DNA of 64,000 nucleotides, taken from assembly GCF_009914755.1 (NCBI RefSeq), contig NC_060938.1; one strand, written 5' to 3'. This document shows positions 32,630 to 47,088 of this stretch, in pieces. Within the stretch, counting starts at the first letter, position 1, and each line of letters opens with the position of its first letter. The stretch is from the human T2T-CHM13v2.0 reference genome, Homo sapiens. A program made the translations under genes and the position numbers. Below the pieces are notes generated by a model. That model made no database searches and was not told the origin of the DNA. It was given only the letters and a program-made list of their open reading frames with translations.

Positions 32630-33537
32630 ATAAACCCAATAAAAGGCAAACATTTAAAAAGAAAACAAAAGCTCAACAAGAAGAAAACAATCAGATTCAA
32701 TAAAGGGCAAAGAACTTGAATAGACCCTTCTTCAAAGAACATATACAAAAAGCCAATAGTCACATGAACAGATGTCCAACATCAATAATCATTAGGGAAA
32801 TGCAAATCAAAACTACAATGAGATACTACCTCACACCATTAAGATGGCTACTTGCAGAAAATAACAAGTGTTGACAGGGATGTGGAGAAACTGAAACCCT
32901 TGTGCACTGTTGGTGGGAATGTGAAATGGTACAAGCACTGTGGAACACACTGTGGTGGTTCCTCAAAATATTACAAATAAAACTACCATATGATCCAGCA
33001 ATTTCACTTCTGGATAGATATCCAAAAGAATTGAAAGCAAGGTCTCAAGGAGATATTTATACACCCATGTCTATAGGAGCATTATTTACAGTAGCTAATG
33101 TGGAAGCAACCAAGTGTCCATCAACAGATGCATGCATGAACAAAATGTGGTATATACATACAAAGGAATATTGTTCACCCTTACAAAAGGAAAAATTTGA
33201 CATATGCTACAAAATGGAGAAATCTTGAGGACACTATGCTAAGTGAAATAATTCAGTCACAAAAATACAAATACTTTTATTCTACTTCTATGAAGCACCT
33301 AAAATACTCAAATTCATAGAGACAGAAAGTCGGATGGTGGTCTCCAGGGGCTGAAGAAAAGGGGAATGGAAGCTATTGTTTCATGGGTAAAGAGTTTTTG
33401 TTTTGCAAGAGTTATGAGGCTATATAGGGGTTAAGGATGTACAACATTATGAATGTATTTAATGCCACTGAACTGTATCCTTAAAAATTGTTAAGATAGT
33501 AAAATTTATGTTACATATATTTTACTGCAATTTAAAA
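32630..33537 (+). mobile_element. L1MB-like 3' fragment
   Basis: ORF 32902-33228 ([12 protein letters not shown]...LPYDPAI.LL) plus an L1MB-type 3' UTR. Confidence 0.88.
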
Positions 33538-33559
33538 ATGATGGGTTGTGAAGAAAACA

Positions 33560-34055
33560 AAACATTAATAGCTCTAAATGAGTTCATGTGTTCTAGCCCC
33601 ATCAGATTTCATCCCGACACTGTGAAGAACGTGCCAGAGAGATAACTATGCCACTGCCAGCTATGTTTGAAAAAGAGTTGGTAAAAGACTAGAAATAAGG
33701 CAAACCCAACTGTAGTTTTCAAATAAGAATATGAAAATATGGTGAATTCCAATAGGAGACCAGTGAACTAAGCATTCCTGGACAAGATTTAGAATGGATA
33801 AGCATCCAGAAATAAGAGGAGTCAGCACATGATCCTGCAGAAGTCATGCGGTGATAACCTCATTTCTTGCTTAATAGAGTTAACATGTTTTTCAGATTTA
33901 TCTATACTTTGGTGAGGCGCTGAAAAAGATCTTCAATAATAGCCTAGCAGGGAAGACTGGATGCTCATTCAGTTAGGTAGATTCTTAATTAGTTGCAGGA
34001 CCTTACCAAAAGATTATGACTGACAATTAATGAGCACCTGAATAGAGGTTTCTAG
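33560..34055 (+). mobile_element. L3/CR1 RT fragment
   Basis: TCTAAATGAGTTCA...TTTCATCCC..., TTCCTGGACAAGATT, AAGTCATGC..ATAACCTCATTTC. Confidence 0.55.
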
Positions 34056-34239
34056 AAACAACAGCAAATATTTATTTAGCATTTACAATGAGCCAGGCAT
34101 TATTTGGAGCATTTTATATGAATTAATTTATCGGGTTTTCACAACAATCCTATAAGATACGTAATAATATTACTACCCCATTTTACCGATGCGGTAACTG
34201 AGGTTTAGGGGTTTGTAAGAGCGTTTGCCCCCAAGATTA

Positions 34240-35200
34240 CATCAAATCTGCTAAAGGTCACCAGTGACCCTAAGATTGCAAAATCCAATGATCAATTCCC
34301 AGATTTTGTCTTGATTGACCTGTAAGAGGAACTTCCCATGGCTGCTCACTCATCCCTCCTTGAAACACTTTCCTCAGCTGACCTACAGCATACCTCACTC
34401 CTAGATTTCTTCCTAACTCACTTCATTCTCAGTCTTTTTGCTGGTTTCACCTCATCTCACTGACCACTACATATTGCAATGCGCCAGAGTTTAGTGCTTA
34501 GACCTCTTCTCTATTCACATTCAATATCAAGGAGGGTTCAACCAGTCTCATGACTTTAAATATCAGCTCTGTATCAACAATTCCAGAATGTATGTGTCCA
34601 GCCAGGACCTCTCCCCTGAACTCCAGATTTGTCTATGGGACTGCCTACGAGACATATGTACTTACGTGTCTATGCAGCGTCTCAAACTTAACATGACTTG
34701 TCAAAACTTAGCTCTTAATTCTAGCACATCTCTCTCCTCTGTTTTCCCCAAATTATTTCCCATCCTTAAGAGATATATAAACCAAAAAAACTCTTGGAGT
34801 CATCTCTGATTTCTCTCTGATTTTAACAACCACCCCCCCGCATCTAGTCTGTCAGCAAATCTTGTTGGCTCTATTTTCAAAACATAACCAGAGTCTCGCC
34901 ACTTCCTGCCACCTCCATTGTTACTATCTTGGCCCAAACCAACATCGTCTTTCACTAAAATGATTGCAATAGCCTCCCTGAATTATCTTTCTCCATCCCA
35001 CCTTGTAACCCTAGGGTTTATGTTCAACACAACAGTCAGAGTGATACTGTTAAAATATGTCATATCATGTCATTTTTCTACTCAGAATGCTCTAGAAGTC
35101 TCCATCCACAGAACAATGGTCACCAGGGCCCTTCATGGTCTGGTCTCATTACCTTTCTGACTTCGTCCTGCACTATTTTCTCCCTTCCTCACTCTTATCT
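34240..35200 (+). mobile_element. L2 fragment (MIR immediately upstream at ~34060-34240)
   Basis: AAGGTCACCAGTGACC..AAATCCAATGATCAATT; GACCTCTCCCCTGAACTCCAGA; CTTGGAGTCATC. Confidence 0.8.
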
Positions 35201-35305
35201 CAGACACTCTGGTTGTTCAATTTATAATGAGGACATAGACTTTAATTATGATATTTTTGAACCTCTCTTTTTTTCTGAAGGTAAAATAAAAACTCTTATT
35301 TTTCT

Positions 35306-35890
35306 TATTCTTTCTTTTTCAACTTTTATCTTACATACAGGGAAGATACGTGTAGATTTGTTACATGGGTATATTGTACCCAGGTAGTGAGCATAGTATC
35401 CAATATCTAGTTTTACAACCCATGCCCCACTCCCTCCCCCTCTAGTAATCCACAGTGTCTATTATTCCCATGTTTATGTCCATGGGTGCTCAATGTTTAG
35501 CTCCCATGCAGAATTTAGTTTTCTGTTTCTGCAGTAATTCACTTAGGATCACAGCCTCCAGCTCCATCCAAGTTGCTGCAAAAGACATGATTTCATTCTT
35601 TTTTGTGGCTGCATAGTATTCCGTGGTGTATATGTAGCACATTTTTTAATCCAGTCCACCATCGATGGACACCTAGGTTGATTCCATGTCTTCGTTATTG
35701 TAAATAGCACAGCTATGAACATACAGGCACATGTGTCTTTTTGTTATAATGATCTCTTTTCCTTTGGCTATATACCAAATAATGGGATTTCTGGGTTGAA
35801 TATTAACTCTGTTTTAAGTTCTTTCAGAAATCCCCAAAATGCTCTCCACAGTTGCTGAACTAATTTACATTCCCACCACAGTGTAGAAGC
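35306..35890 (-). mobile_element. L1PA16/L1PB-like 3' fragment
   Basis: GATTTGTTACATGGGTATATTG...GCTGCAAAAGACATGATTTCATTC...TAATTTACATTCCCACCA. Confidence 0.88.
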
Positions 35891-37049
35891 TTTGTTTTTA
35901 ACACCACTAACCATGATGATTTTCATTAGTCAGCTTTGCCTCACTTTAAATTTCTGTAGGCAAAGTTCTACCTGACAACAGAAAAATTCCATGTACCACA
36001 ACAGGGAGACATTTTATTTTCATTGCTGCTCAGCCAGCAGATCATACTGTATAAACCTATTTACTTGAGACTCAAGCCAAAGATTTTAAAGGCAATGTTT
36101 ATATAACAATGTTCATAAGATACAGCTTCACAAGCATCCCAGTGATTTAAACTGAAAAGCAGCTTTCATCAAAGGCACATATGTTCTGATCCTACACTGA
36201 CTGCCTCAGGCAAGTATGCCACTTGACAATATTTTAGCCCAAACACAAACTGAAAAACACCTGTAACAGGTTTACCAACAAAATTCACACAGCATTGTGA
36301 AGAATTCCCTGTGCACTACAGAATGCTGTTTACTAAAATCTAATAGAACAGGAATTCAGCCCTCATTTTTTTAAATTTAGTTCACAGTACTGAATGAGAG
36401 TGATTTTTCATCTCACTTCTCTATTGCTGTCCACTTCTAGTCCAATGAGTATAATAGAAACCTGACTTTAAGAAATGCAAGATATTTAGGTCCAACTTTA
36501 TCCATGATGCTGGTACATTTCATGCCTTCCTTTAACTCTAAAGTATTAACCCTATGTGAAAAGTTTAGACCCTTGACTCAACCTACATAATGACACAGTG
36601 CTTGATCATTTTTACAGTGCTAATCCATATATTTAAGGGATTGGAGAGAGATACCTGCCGGAGATGGGCTTGAGGAATGATGTAGTATCAGGGATGGCCT
36701 GGATCTAATGAGTACAGAGAAAATGATCGAGCAGAGGTTGTATATAACAGCAGAGGACTTCCAAAAAACAGAGACCATGCAGAACAGCTGGGAAGCCAAG
36801 CAGACAGTAAGTAGACCTACAGGTTAAATAGACAGATATTATAGCAATGAACCTCTGATGGATTTAGCAAGGTTGGGATATTCTCTAGTGACAAGTAGCT
36901 TGAGACAAATGGTAAATAGCAATGGGAACGTTTTGATCAAGAGCTACATAAATCCGGATGATAAACACATGACAGAGGAGCATGAACCAGCAGAACTAAC
37001 AGACCTATGCAAAGAAGCAGAGAGACTCAGCCAGAGATAGAGGGTTGAC

Positions 37050-39420
37050 GACATGTATATACCTCTGTTTCCTCTCAAAACTCCACAAAATAACAGTAAA
37101 TGGATTGCGTAAAGCCATAAAGCCACAAGAACAAACAGAACAGTAGAACAGACAAAAGCAACAAAAGTTTGGAAGCTGGAAAGCATAGGACAAGTAGTAA
37201 CTAACTCATCAGATCCAAGAAAGCTGGATCTTAAACCAGCAGAAAGGAATGATAATTAACAATCTGATATGCAGTACAGAGCCACTAAATATCCCAGGAA
37301 TTGTCACCACCAAGTACTTTGGGAAGTGAAGGAGCAAAGGTGGGGCTAAAACTAGAGGATTTATTGAAAGTCTGTTTAAGAAACAGATGGACACCTACCC
37401 CTCCAGATGCCTTCCCTAATTCCACAGAGCCAGTCAATTTCCCTTTTCACACTTCAGCAGACTAGAGAGGATCCCTGCAATGAAGGAAGAGCAGAAAGTA
37501 GGGGTTTCACACTGAAATCAGGGGTTATGTGAAAGCTTACACACTGAGTGTCAAACCCTCAGCTCTATTCTCCATTCAGCTTCCAGAGAGATCAGTGCAA
37601 GGGCTATGTTCTCCAGGCTGGAAACTAGAAAATTCCTCCCTGAGGGAATTGGCAGCCTAATAGAAATGACCCCAAAATACTGGTGTTGAGGATTTTCCAC
37701 AAAATAACCCAATTAGATCTCCCTACATAAAGTCCACAGCCACAAATCAGCCAAAAACAGACAGCCAGGATTCCGAGGCATCTGCATAAAGCCTCCACCA
37801 TGAGAAGCAGAGACCAAAACCAACAAACAAAACATCATCTTGATAGAAACAGACTATGTGGGGATAAGAAAACTACACATAAACTTTCTTATACCCTCAG
37901 AAAGAGAAGAGGAGATTTTGCACTCATGAAGTGAAAACACAATGCTATGAGAAGGAACACAGAGAAAAGGCAAGAGCTCTTGGAAATTAACGTAGGCAAG
38001 CAGAAACAAAAACTCAAAAGAAGGATTAGAAATTGGAATACACGAAAACTTCTAGACCATAGAGTAAAAAAGATAAAATCATAGAAAACTGTAGAAATGA
38101 GATTAAAAAAAAAAAAAAAACTAAAAAACCAATCCAGGAGATCCAATAGCCAAATAATAAGAATTTCAAGAAAGGGAAAAAGATAAAACCAGGAGTAACT
38201 TGTGAATGAAATAACTCAAGAAAATATCCCAGTAGTGAAAAATAGGCATTTCCAAATGATTACACATACCCATTGGGATGAAAACGAATCCATAGAAAGA
38301 TACCTTGTCATAGTAACCTCACAATACTGGGAACTAAAAAAAGATTCTAAATGTTTCCAGAGTGGAAACAGAAAGAAAAACATAACATTTATAAGAATCA
38401 AGGCTCAAATGGAGTCCTCTGAACAGTTCCATTAGAAGTTCAAAGACAAAAGAACAGTGCACCAAAATTTTCATAAAATTATTTCTAACCTTTAAATCTC
38501 TACCCAGACAAGCTATCAGTTAAGTGTAAGGATAAATGAAAGACATTTTAAAACACGCATAATCTCAAAAAATTCTTTTATCTATACTTTCTCTAGAGGC
38601 TACTATAAGAGGTGTTCATTCAAAACAGATATAGGAAACAATGGGTCCACAAAAGAGAAAGGCAAAGGGACTCCTGGAGATCAGGGCTAATGGGAGACAA
38701 CAGGCTGAGGGCTTTAAGTCAAGCCTGGGATAGTGCAACTAGAGAAAGTCAGAAGGCTCAAAGAAAGAGCCCTCCAGAGATAAAAAGTTATAACCGCCTA
38801 ATGTGAGCATGATGAGGTTAGAGTTACAGAATGGAAGAGAATTTGGTAATAAATTTAAAAGAAGCAACATAAGAAACTAAGAAAAAAAATTGTGATAATG
38901 ACTACACTAGGGGAAATCAAATGTTGTACAGGAAAATAATCACAGTATAACATATGACTCAGTTGTAAATAGCATATACCTAGTCATAATAATGAAAACA
39001 GCTATTGATTATATCAAAATTATGATCTAAATATAGAGAAGATTTAGAAAATTGGAAAATGCATATATATGCACATATATATTATGTGTGTGTGTGTGTG
39101 TATGTGTGTGTGTTTATGTGTGTGTGTGTAGTGGTAGTTAAGAGACATAGGACAGGAAAGAGAATTATATAATTTTATTTTCATCTTCCAAAGATGGAAG
39201 TCAACAGACAATGACTAAAACTGAAAATTCTCTCCAATAATCATGTAAAAACAAAAAGATAAATGCCACCAAAAAAATGAAAATGATTTGAAAGTCATCT
39301 CTGGGAAATGTCTAAAGGCATGAAGATCAAGGAATTTCCATTTTTCAAAATAAACCTTATAGCGCTATTTGGTTCTTTAAACTACATGTATGTATTACCT
39401 CGATCTAAAAATTAAATTTA
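37050..39420 (+). mobile_element. Old L1M ORF1/HAL1-like region
   Basis: A-rich, coiled-coil-like degenerate ORF1 sequence (ATCCAGGAGATCCAA; AATAACTCAAGAAAATATCCCAG; CTATCAGTTAAGTGTAAGG). Confidence 0.5.
39085..39129. repeat. (TG)n interrupted microsatellite
   Basis: Visible TG run. Confidence 0.9.
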
Positions 39421-39752
39421 AAAAACTACAGTCAGATAATCTGAATTAGCACACAGATTAAATGAAAAAGAAGGCAGGAGAACCAGAGACGTGGAAAATA
39501 TTTGAGATTTCCTTCCCTTCATCTGTGGGCCCTGTGTTCCTTCCGGTTTATCTCAGCTCTGTCTTCCCTGGTATTAGCCATTACCCAAATCCCAGTAGAA
39601 TCACCACTTTTTCTCTGGAAACTTCTCTCTAATGACTGAATAAATTAGCAGTTCAAATTACGCAGCACAGAAAGGCTCTGATCAAACATCAGAAGCCACT
39701 GAAATCTCCCTGTGAGTAAATGGACACACTTTTTTCAAATGCAGATTTCTTT

Positions 39753-39905
39753 CTTTCTTTCTTTCTTTCTTTTTTTTTTTTTTGAGATAGAGTCTCACTC
39801 TGTCACCCAGGCTGGAGTGCAGTGGCATGATCTCACTGCAACCTCCGCCTCCCGGGTTCAAGCAATTCTTCTGCGTCAGCCTCCCTAGTAGCTGAGACTA
39901 CAGGC
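39753..39905 (-). mobile_element. 5'-truncated AluS (right arm only)
   Basis: TSD GCA(G/A)ATTTCTTT at 39741-39752 and 39906-39917. Confidence 0.88.
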
Positions 39906-42026
39906 GCAAATTTCTTTAAAACACACTTATATAGTTTTGTTTCTTTAGCAAACACCAAAAATGATATTTGTGCTTCTCATCTAACTTGAAGCAGTCCTGA
40001 CCTTGTGTTGCCCTCTATAGAAGAGACTATCCAAATTTCATAATCAAATGCTGCCCATAGTACAGACAGTTGTTTCCAAACCATTAAAATTCCCAGGTTG
40101 TTCTCTTCTGTATCCAATGAACAAAGAAAGATTGGAAGTATGGCAAGTGCATTTATGCCAGGCCTCAGCATGATCGAGGATGAGGGACACACAGGTGCAG
40201 AGTGTTTTCAGTCCCTCTAATTCCTAGCTCTTCCTAATGACCCTTTTGCTATCCTCTCACTGAAACAGTGGCAGTCACTTTTCAAGAGGAGTGTGGTAAC
40301 AGCTGAGAACAAAGAAAGCAGCTTAGCTTTGAGTTTCAAATTAGACTTTTTTAAAGCCCATAGCCAAAACAATAATCTTAAAAGCATAGATTTCCTTTGC
40401 AAGTGCCAGGCCCTCGAGATAGCAAATGGTTTTTTTGTCGTCTTTCTTGTTGTGTTTTGTTTTCACTTTAAAATCTTAGTTCTTTTCCCAGAAAACATGG
40501 TGGTGGGTGGCAGTGAAACATAAGAGGGCAGAATAAAAGGAACTATAGGAGGTAACAAGAGAAACCCAAAATAGGTTGAAGGGAAAATCAAAGGCAGCAA
40601 AGAAGTATATCCAGCTTCCCATCCAGAACTCTACAACATGATAGACACAGAGTGGCCAGTACAGCCATAGCACAGATGTGGCAGTCAAGCGTACTATGAA
40701 AGGTGGAAAAGTGGGGGGATGAGGGAAGAGGTCCTAAACTAAGTTATTAGCTCTGTACAGAAAAATGAAATCAGTCACATGTTCATTCACCTATGTTTCA
40801 CTGTATGAAAATTTAAACCCAAGACTGAAGAATTTAGGTCTGGAGAACTAGTATGGTTTTGAATTTACAACTTTACAAATATGGAGATCAAAATACATTT
40901 ATCTCTTCAAGGAGGATTTACTGAGCACCTGCTACACTCCTGTTATGCTAGGGATACAGAGTGGAACTAGAAAGACAAGTTCCCTGCCTTTGTGGCTCCA
41001 TTTTAGTTAGAAAGACAAGCAATAATTACATAAAGAAAGAATTAAAGAATATAATTAGAGACCATGATGAAGAAATAATGAAGTATAAAGTAATAGGGAC
41101 ACTTCAGACAGACTGGAGGAAAAAGGTCTCATGGCAGTAAACGAGGGAAAAGGTGGTGTGAATTAATAATCCCTGGTTATTTTTCCCACAGAGCTAGGAA
41201 AAAATAAAAGGCTTCTCTTCTTCCTCTTGGCATCATTACCTTAGCTCCTTCCCACCCCTGCCTGCCAAGCGGCAGCCCATGCTCCAGACGTCTTCTCCAC
41301 CCTCCTCTGAAATCTCAACAATTATTTTCTCTTCATTGAGACACTGTGCCAGTTTAAAACTCAGTCCAATCTGGTACAGAGATGAGGAACTTACATCCTT
41401 TAGAGGACAAAATGGCAGCTTCAAGGGGCCTTCTGGAGTCAAGAACACATGCAGCAGGATTTCTAATGGTGGACCATTGAGCAAAATATCTGAGAGTCGG
41501 CTGGCTCCCATGAAGTCACTTTTTGTGGGAGAAACTGCTCAGCCTATCAGGAGAGCTGCCCTTGATCTTTCAATAATTTGTTCCCAATATCACAGTTTTC
41601 AATATTTACGACAGCAATGCAGTAACATGATCCAGCAAAACAAACAGAGAAGAAATAGCAAGAGAGGTCAGGGGAGAGCCAGAAAGAGAGAAATATTAAA
41701 GAAGCCAAAGAAGAAGTACTTCCGTATGCATGAAAAAGTGTCTATGAAATCTAGCAAATGTACTCTGAGAGGCAGTATAGGAGAAGAGGCCCATTTTCAA
41801 TAGGGAGTAAATGAAGAAAAGGAAGTGAAGACACATGCTTTAGAAAGCTTTAAAAGGGAAGAATTGCTGGGTAATAAGGCAAAGAGAATGCAAGGTCCAG
41901 GTCAAGTGTTTTATTCACATATGTATATTAGCTTAGGATTAAAAAGACATGAGCATGTTTATCAGCTGAAGAGAAAGAGCCAGTAGAGAGAGAGAGAGAT
42001 GGACAATGCAGAAGAAAGAAAAACAA

Positions 42027-42630
<604 letters not shown>

Positions 42631-45270
42631 GATGAAGAAAGAGGAGGAGAAGGAAGGACAAACAATTAGAAGGGAAAAATAATCAAGCTACAGCACAAAT
42701 CTATGTACAAATCCGGGGCCACTTCACAGAATGCTAGAATCGTATATGTGACTGCCCACTGGACACAACAAATGACCATCCATCGCTAACTTAAGAGCAG
42801 TTGCTTGCCCTGAAAGCCTTAAATCCTGACTCTCTTTCTCTCAAACCCTCATGTTTTGCTGGTCTTACCGTATGTCTGGAATCTAACCAATCCTAACCAC
42901 CACCATCATCATCTCTCTCCTTGACCTGTCTGTCTTCTTTCATTTTTGACCCTGTACAGTCTATTTTCCACACAGCAGCTGGATTGGTATTTGTAAGACA
43001 TAAGACAAATCAAGTCAATCTGGTCTGAAACCCTCAAAAGTCTTCCCATCTGGCTCAAAGTAAGGGCTACTATCCTGTCCTATAAGGCCCTGAATGGTTT
43101 GCACCCTTGGCCACCCCTAGCCCACCTTCCTAAGGGGAGAGTCAGGAGTGTAAAGGAATGCACATCTGCAACACATTTCTTTTTCACAGAAGTAAAAGGA
43201 AGGCCATCTGCTGCAATGAAGATGAGTGGTCATAGGTTTCGGAAAGGAGGAGAACGTGTGCAAATTGTACAGGAATTGTTGCTCAGCAAAATGTTACAGG
43301 AAGAAGATTCGTAAGATTGCTAAACATTCATTTTAGGGGCAGCTGTTCACAAGGCTGTCTAGTTGACTCCAGCCAGTGCTCAGCAACCCTGGAACAGAAA
43401 AAGAGACAAATAGATCCAGATGGAGTTGTTAAGGCAGCAAAAGGGCACAGGATGAAGGAATTTGGAGTGTCAGTGTGTGCCTGGGGAGGAGGGTCTGCTA
43501 TTCTCTAGCTGGGTCCTCATAAGGGAAAGAAGTTGGGGAAACAGACCTATGAAGGGACCGTTTGGACCCTTTCTAAGGAAACCAACAGGAAAACTCAACA
43601 GCCCAGTCTAAGAAAAGTTCCCGAGGTCTACTATTCCCATACCGAAGTCTCATCAGAAGAGTCAATACCAGACCTGCCTCCTTTGCTGATGCCTAAATAG
43701 GGGCATGAATTTAAATGTCTTTCCCTTACAGGACACTTTAAATGAGTAATGGTCCCAAATTAGACCTTCACAGCTTAAGATCTGGTGGGGGGGTGTTGTT
43801 AAAAATAAGCTCAACTTTAAAGGAGATAGAGTCTAAAAAGGGTAGCTACAGAGCCAGCTTCAAAGGGAATTTTTAAAGCCTCCAGTATTTCCTGAGAGTC
43901 CACTTAAATATAGTTCTCACCCCATAAAGATCTCCTTACCTACACACTCAGCCTAAAGCTACCACCATGTGCCTGGTACCTAACCTTCCAGGGAGGGCTA
44001 ACTCAGTTGTCACAACATATGAAAATATTAAACAAGTAGGTAAGAAGAAGTCACTTAGGAGCTGGCTTAGAAATTACTCCAAATAAAATCCCCTCTCTGG
44101 CCATATCAAAGAAATCCTTAAATCCATGCCTAAAGGCCTTTGGTATGACATTTATTTTAATAAGTTCTAAATATATTCATCTATGAATTTGTGAGTCTTT
44201 CGGCCTGTGAAAAAACATTTAAGTATTACATATTAAGCAAAATTAAAATCAGATGTCAATTGATGGATATCACATATGTGAGAATCATCTACATCCCCAC
44301 TGTCTGTTCTACACCAGAGTATCACTTCACCTACCAGGTGACAGTGTGTCCTGAAAAATATTTTCTCATAGGAATTAATATTAAATTCATTGGAAAGTCA
44401 CCAAATAAGTAAATAAAATTCTCCTCTGACTAAAACGTCTGTTCTAAGAAAGTTCAATTTCATACAAACTTCTAAGCCAATGCTACCTTTCGTTTTATAA
44501 CACAAAAGAGAAATTCTATGTCTATGTTATGCATCTAATAATCGAACAAGTATATTTTGTTGAATTTGAAATTTGATTTAGAAAAACATATTGGCTGTGA
44601 AAATTACTGCATCAGCATAATCTACCTCCATGAAGTTAATGGCTAATAATACATTATTTTCCTTCATATAGGAGAAAAAACGGTTTGGACCCCATGAGTT
44701 CCCCATGTGGCTCTCTCCCCTCAACTAGCCAATCAAACAAGTCAGATAAAGTCACTGATGACCTCCTAAGGCCTCCCAGATCTCTTCTGACTTCCTCTCT
44801 CAGTGGTCCTGTTGTTCTCCCTTCCTTCTTAAAGCTCTCTCATCCTTTGTTAGCAACAGACTCTCCTTCCAGAGTCATGCTTCCATTCTACCTCACTGGG
44901 TTCTCTTCTCAGCCCCTCTGTGGCTCTCCTTCTTCAGAGTCTACTCTTGGCCAGCTTTATGCTGACTGCACCGTACACTTCCTTGACATGATTACTTTCT
45001 ATACATTGTTATTCCCAAAGAGATCTCTCTGTGCCTCATAGCTCTGGAAACCAGAACCACATTTCTAACCACCTAATGAACATTTCCATCAGAATAACCT
45101 GCAGGAAAAAGAACCACTTTCCTCCAGTAATAACTGCACCTTTTTCCTATTTTAGAAAAAAGCTTCATCATACATTCAGCTGAATTTGCTAGAAATCTAC
45201 AAGTGCTTTTGAACTCGTCCTTCTAAAATACCCCACATATTCATTAATTCACCCATAAAAACATTTTTTA

Positions 45271-45579
<309 letters not shown>

Positions 45580-45764
45580 TTTTTTCAGGAAGCTTACGTA
45601 CAATCTATTCTGGAGTATCAAAAATAACTCTGCAAAGTAGAGACTATTATCTCCATTTTACAAATGATGGTTTACATAACTGATATAAATTCTTATAAAT
45701 TATGATGCAAAAAATTGAACCTAGATTCATTTGTCTGACTCCAAAGTCCACAGTCTTTTCACAA

Positions 45765-45982
45765 ACCATGAAACCACAGACCACGTGCCAAATCTGATCT
45801 GCCACCTGCTTAAAGTTGTATTGGAACATAGCCACACTCATCTGTTTATGTATTGTTTATGGCTGTTTTAGCACTACAAAAGCAGAGGTGAGTAGTTTGC
45901 AACAGAGACCATATGGCTCACAAAGCCTAAGATAGTCACTATCTGCCCATTTACAGAAAAAAAAAAAGTTTGCCAACTCTAA
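45765..45982. mobile_element. MER58A-like hAT-Charlie MITE
   Basis: TAAAGTTGTATTGGAACATAGCCACACTCAT...ACAGAGACCATATGGC.CACAAAGCCTAA...TTTACAGAAAA..GTTTGCCAAC. Confidence 0.85.
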
Positions 45983-47041
45983 ATCTATACTGTCCTCCAT
46001 ATATTTACCACCTCAATTTATGTCTTCCTGGATTGCTGCAACAGTCTCCTAACTGGTTTCTCTGCCAGTAGCCTTTATCTCCTCCAATTCATTGTCCACA
46101 ATAAAGAATCAAATTTTTCTTATTTATCCCACAACCTTTAGGATAAAAGGCAAACTCCTTGTGAAGCTATGGAAAGCTTTTTGACATCTTGGTTCTTTCA
46201 TTTCTTTCCATTCACATCTACTTTCCACTCAAGCCAAAGTGAAATGCATGGAGTTCCCCGAAAGGGCCAAGCTATTTGATGCCTACATTTTTGCATATAC
46301 TATGTTCTCTATACCTGGAAAATAGCTAAGTCCTGCCTCATTTACCTACTTATTTTGTATTCTGAGCTCAAGAGTCACTTTCTCCTAGAAATCCTCCTGG
46401 GCTCCCTCAGGCTGAACTAGGCAAACATTTTTATTCATTCATTAATTCATTCAACATGTGTTCAATGGGCACAACCATCAAGTAGGAGATAATGCTTTGT
46501 GCTAAATACACAATGATGAACAGGACAAAGACAGATCCTCTTCTCACAAGTCCAGCTTCTTTATTCCCTCTTAATTCATAGTATAAGAACAGATGAGACG
46601 AGGATGAAGGCAGAGGTGGACATTGAGATGGGGATGGAGAGAGTAAGGGAGAGACAGATGGATCAGTGATTTTCTTGTTTGACCCTCTTACCACATTAAA
46701 AGGTTATTGAGGGCTCAAAAGTATCTAGTGTTTCTTAAATACCAATGTATACCAGAACACCTGGCACAAGGCTGAATGAATTAAATAATTTTGAGTGATA
46801 CAAGGACACAAGAGATGAAGATCCTTGTAAAACGTTCAGGCTAGTTAATAGGCTATCAAGAAAATGTCATGCTGTTTTCTGGGGAAAGTCAACCTTTACA
46901 GAATTTGAGAGGCTTTGTGAAAATGTGACTAGGAATGAAAAGAAAGATGGGTATAAAAGAACATTCCTGCAAAAGACACAAGCCCTAGTTGGAATAAGAA
47001 TCAGGGAGTAAAGTGTACATCACACAGTCTTTTTCTAACTA

Positions 47042-47088
47042 CTGGACTACACATCTGAGACTGCCCTGGACTACACATCTGAGACTGC
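47042..47088. repeat. Perfect 2-copy tandem duplication, period 24
   Basis: CTGGACTACACATCTGAGACTGC at 47042-47064 and 47066-47088. Confidence 0.97.

Noticed and set aside
41440-41500. Minus-strand peptide SRLSDILLNGPPLE reminiscent of hAT transposase C-termini
   Set aside because: Too short, with no flanking similarity or terminal inverted repeats visible; would need an HMM hit.
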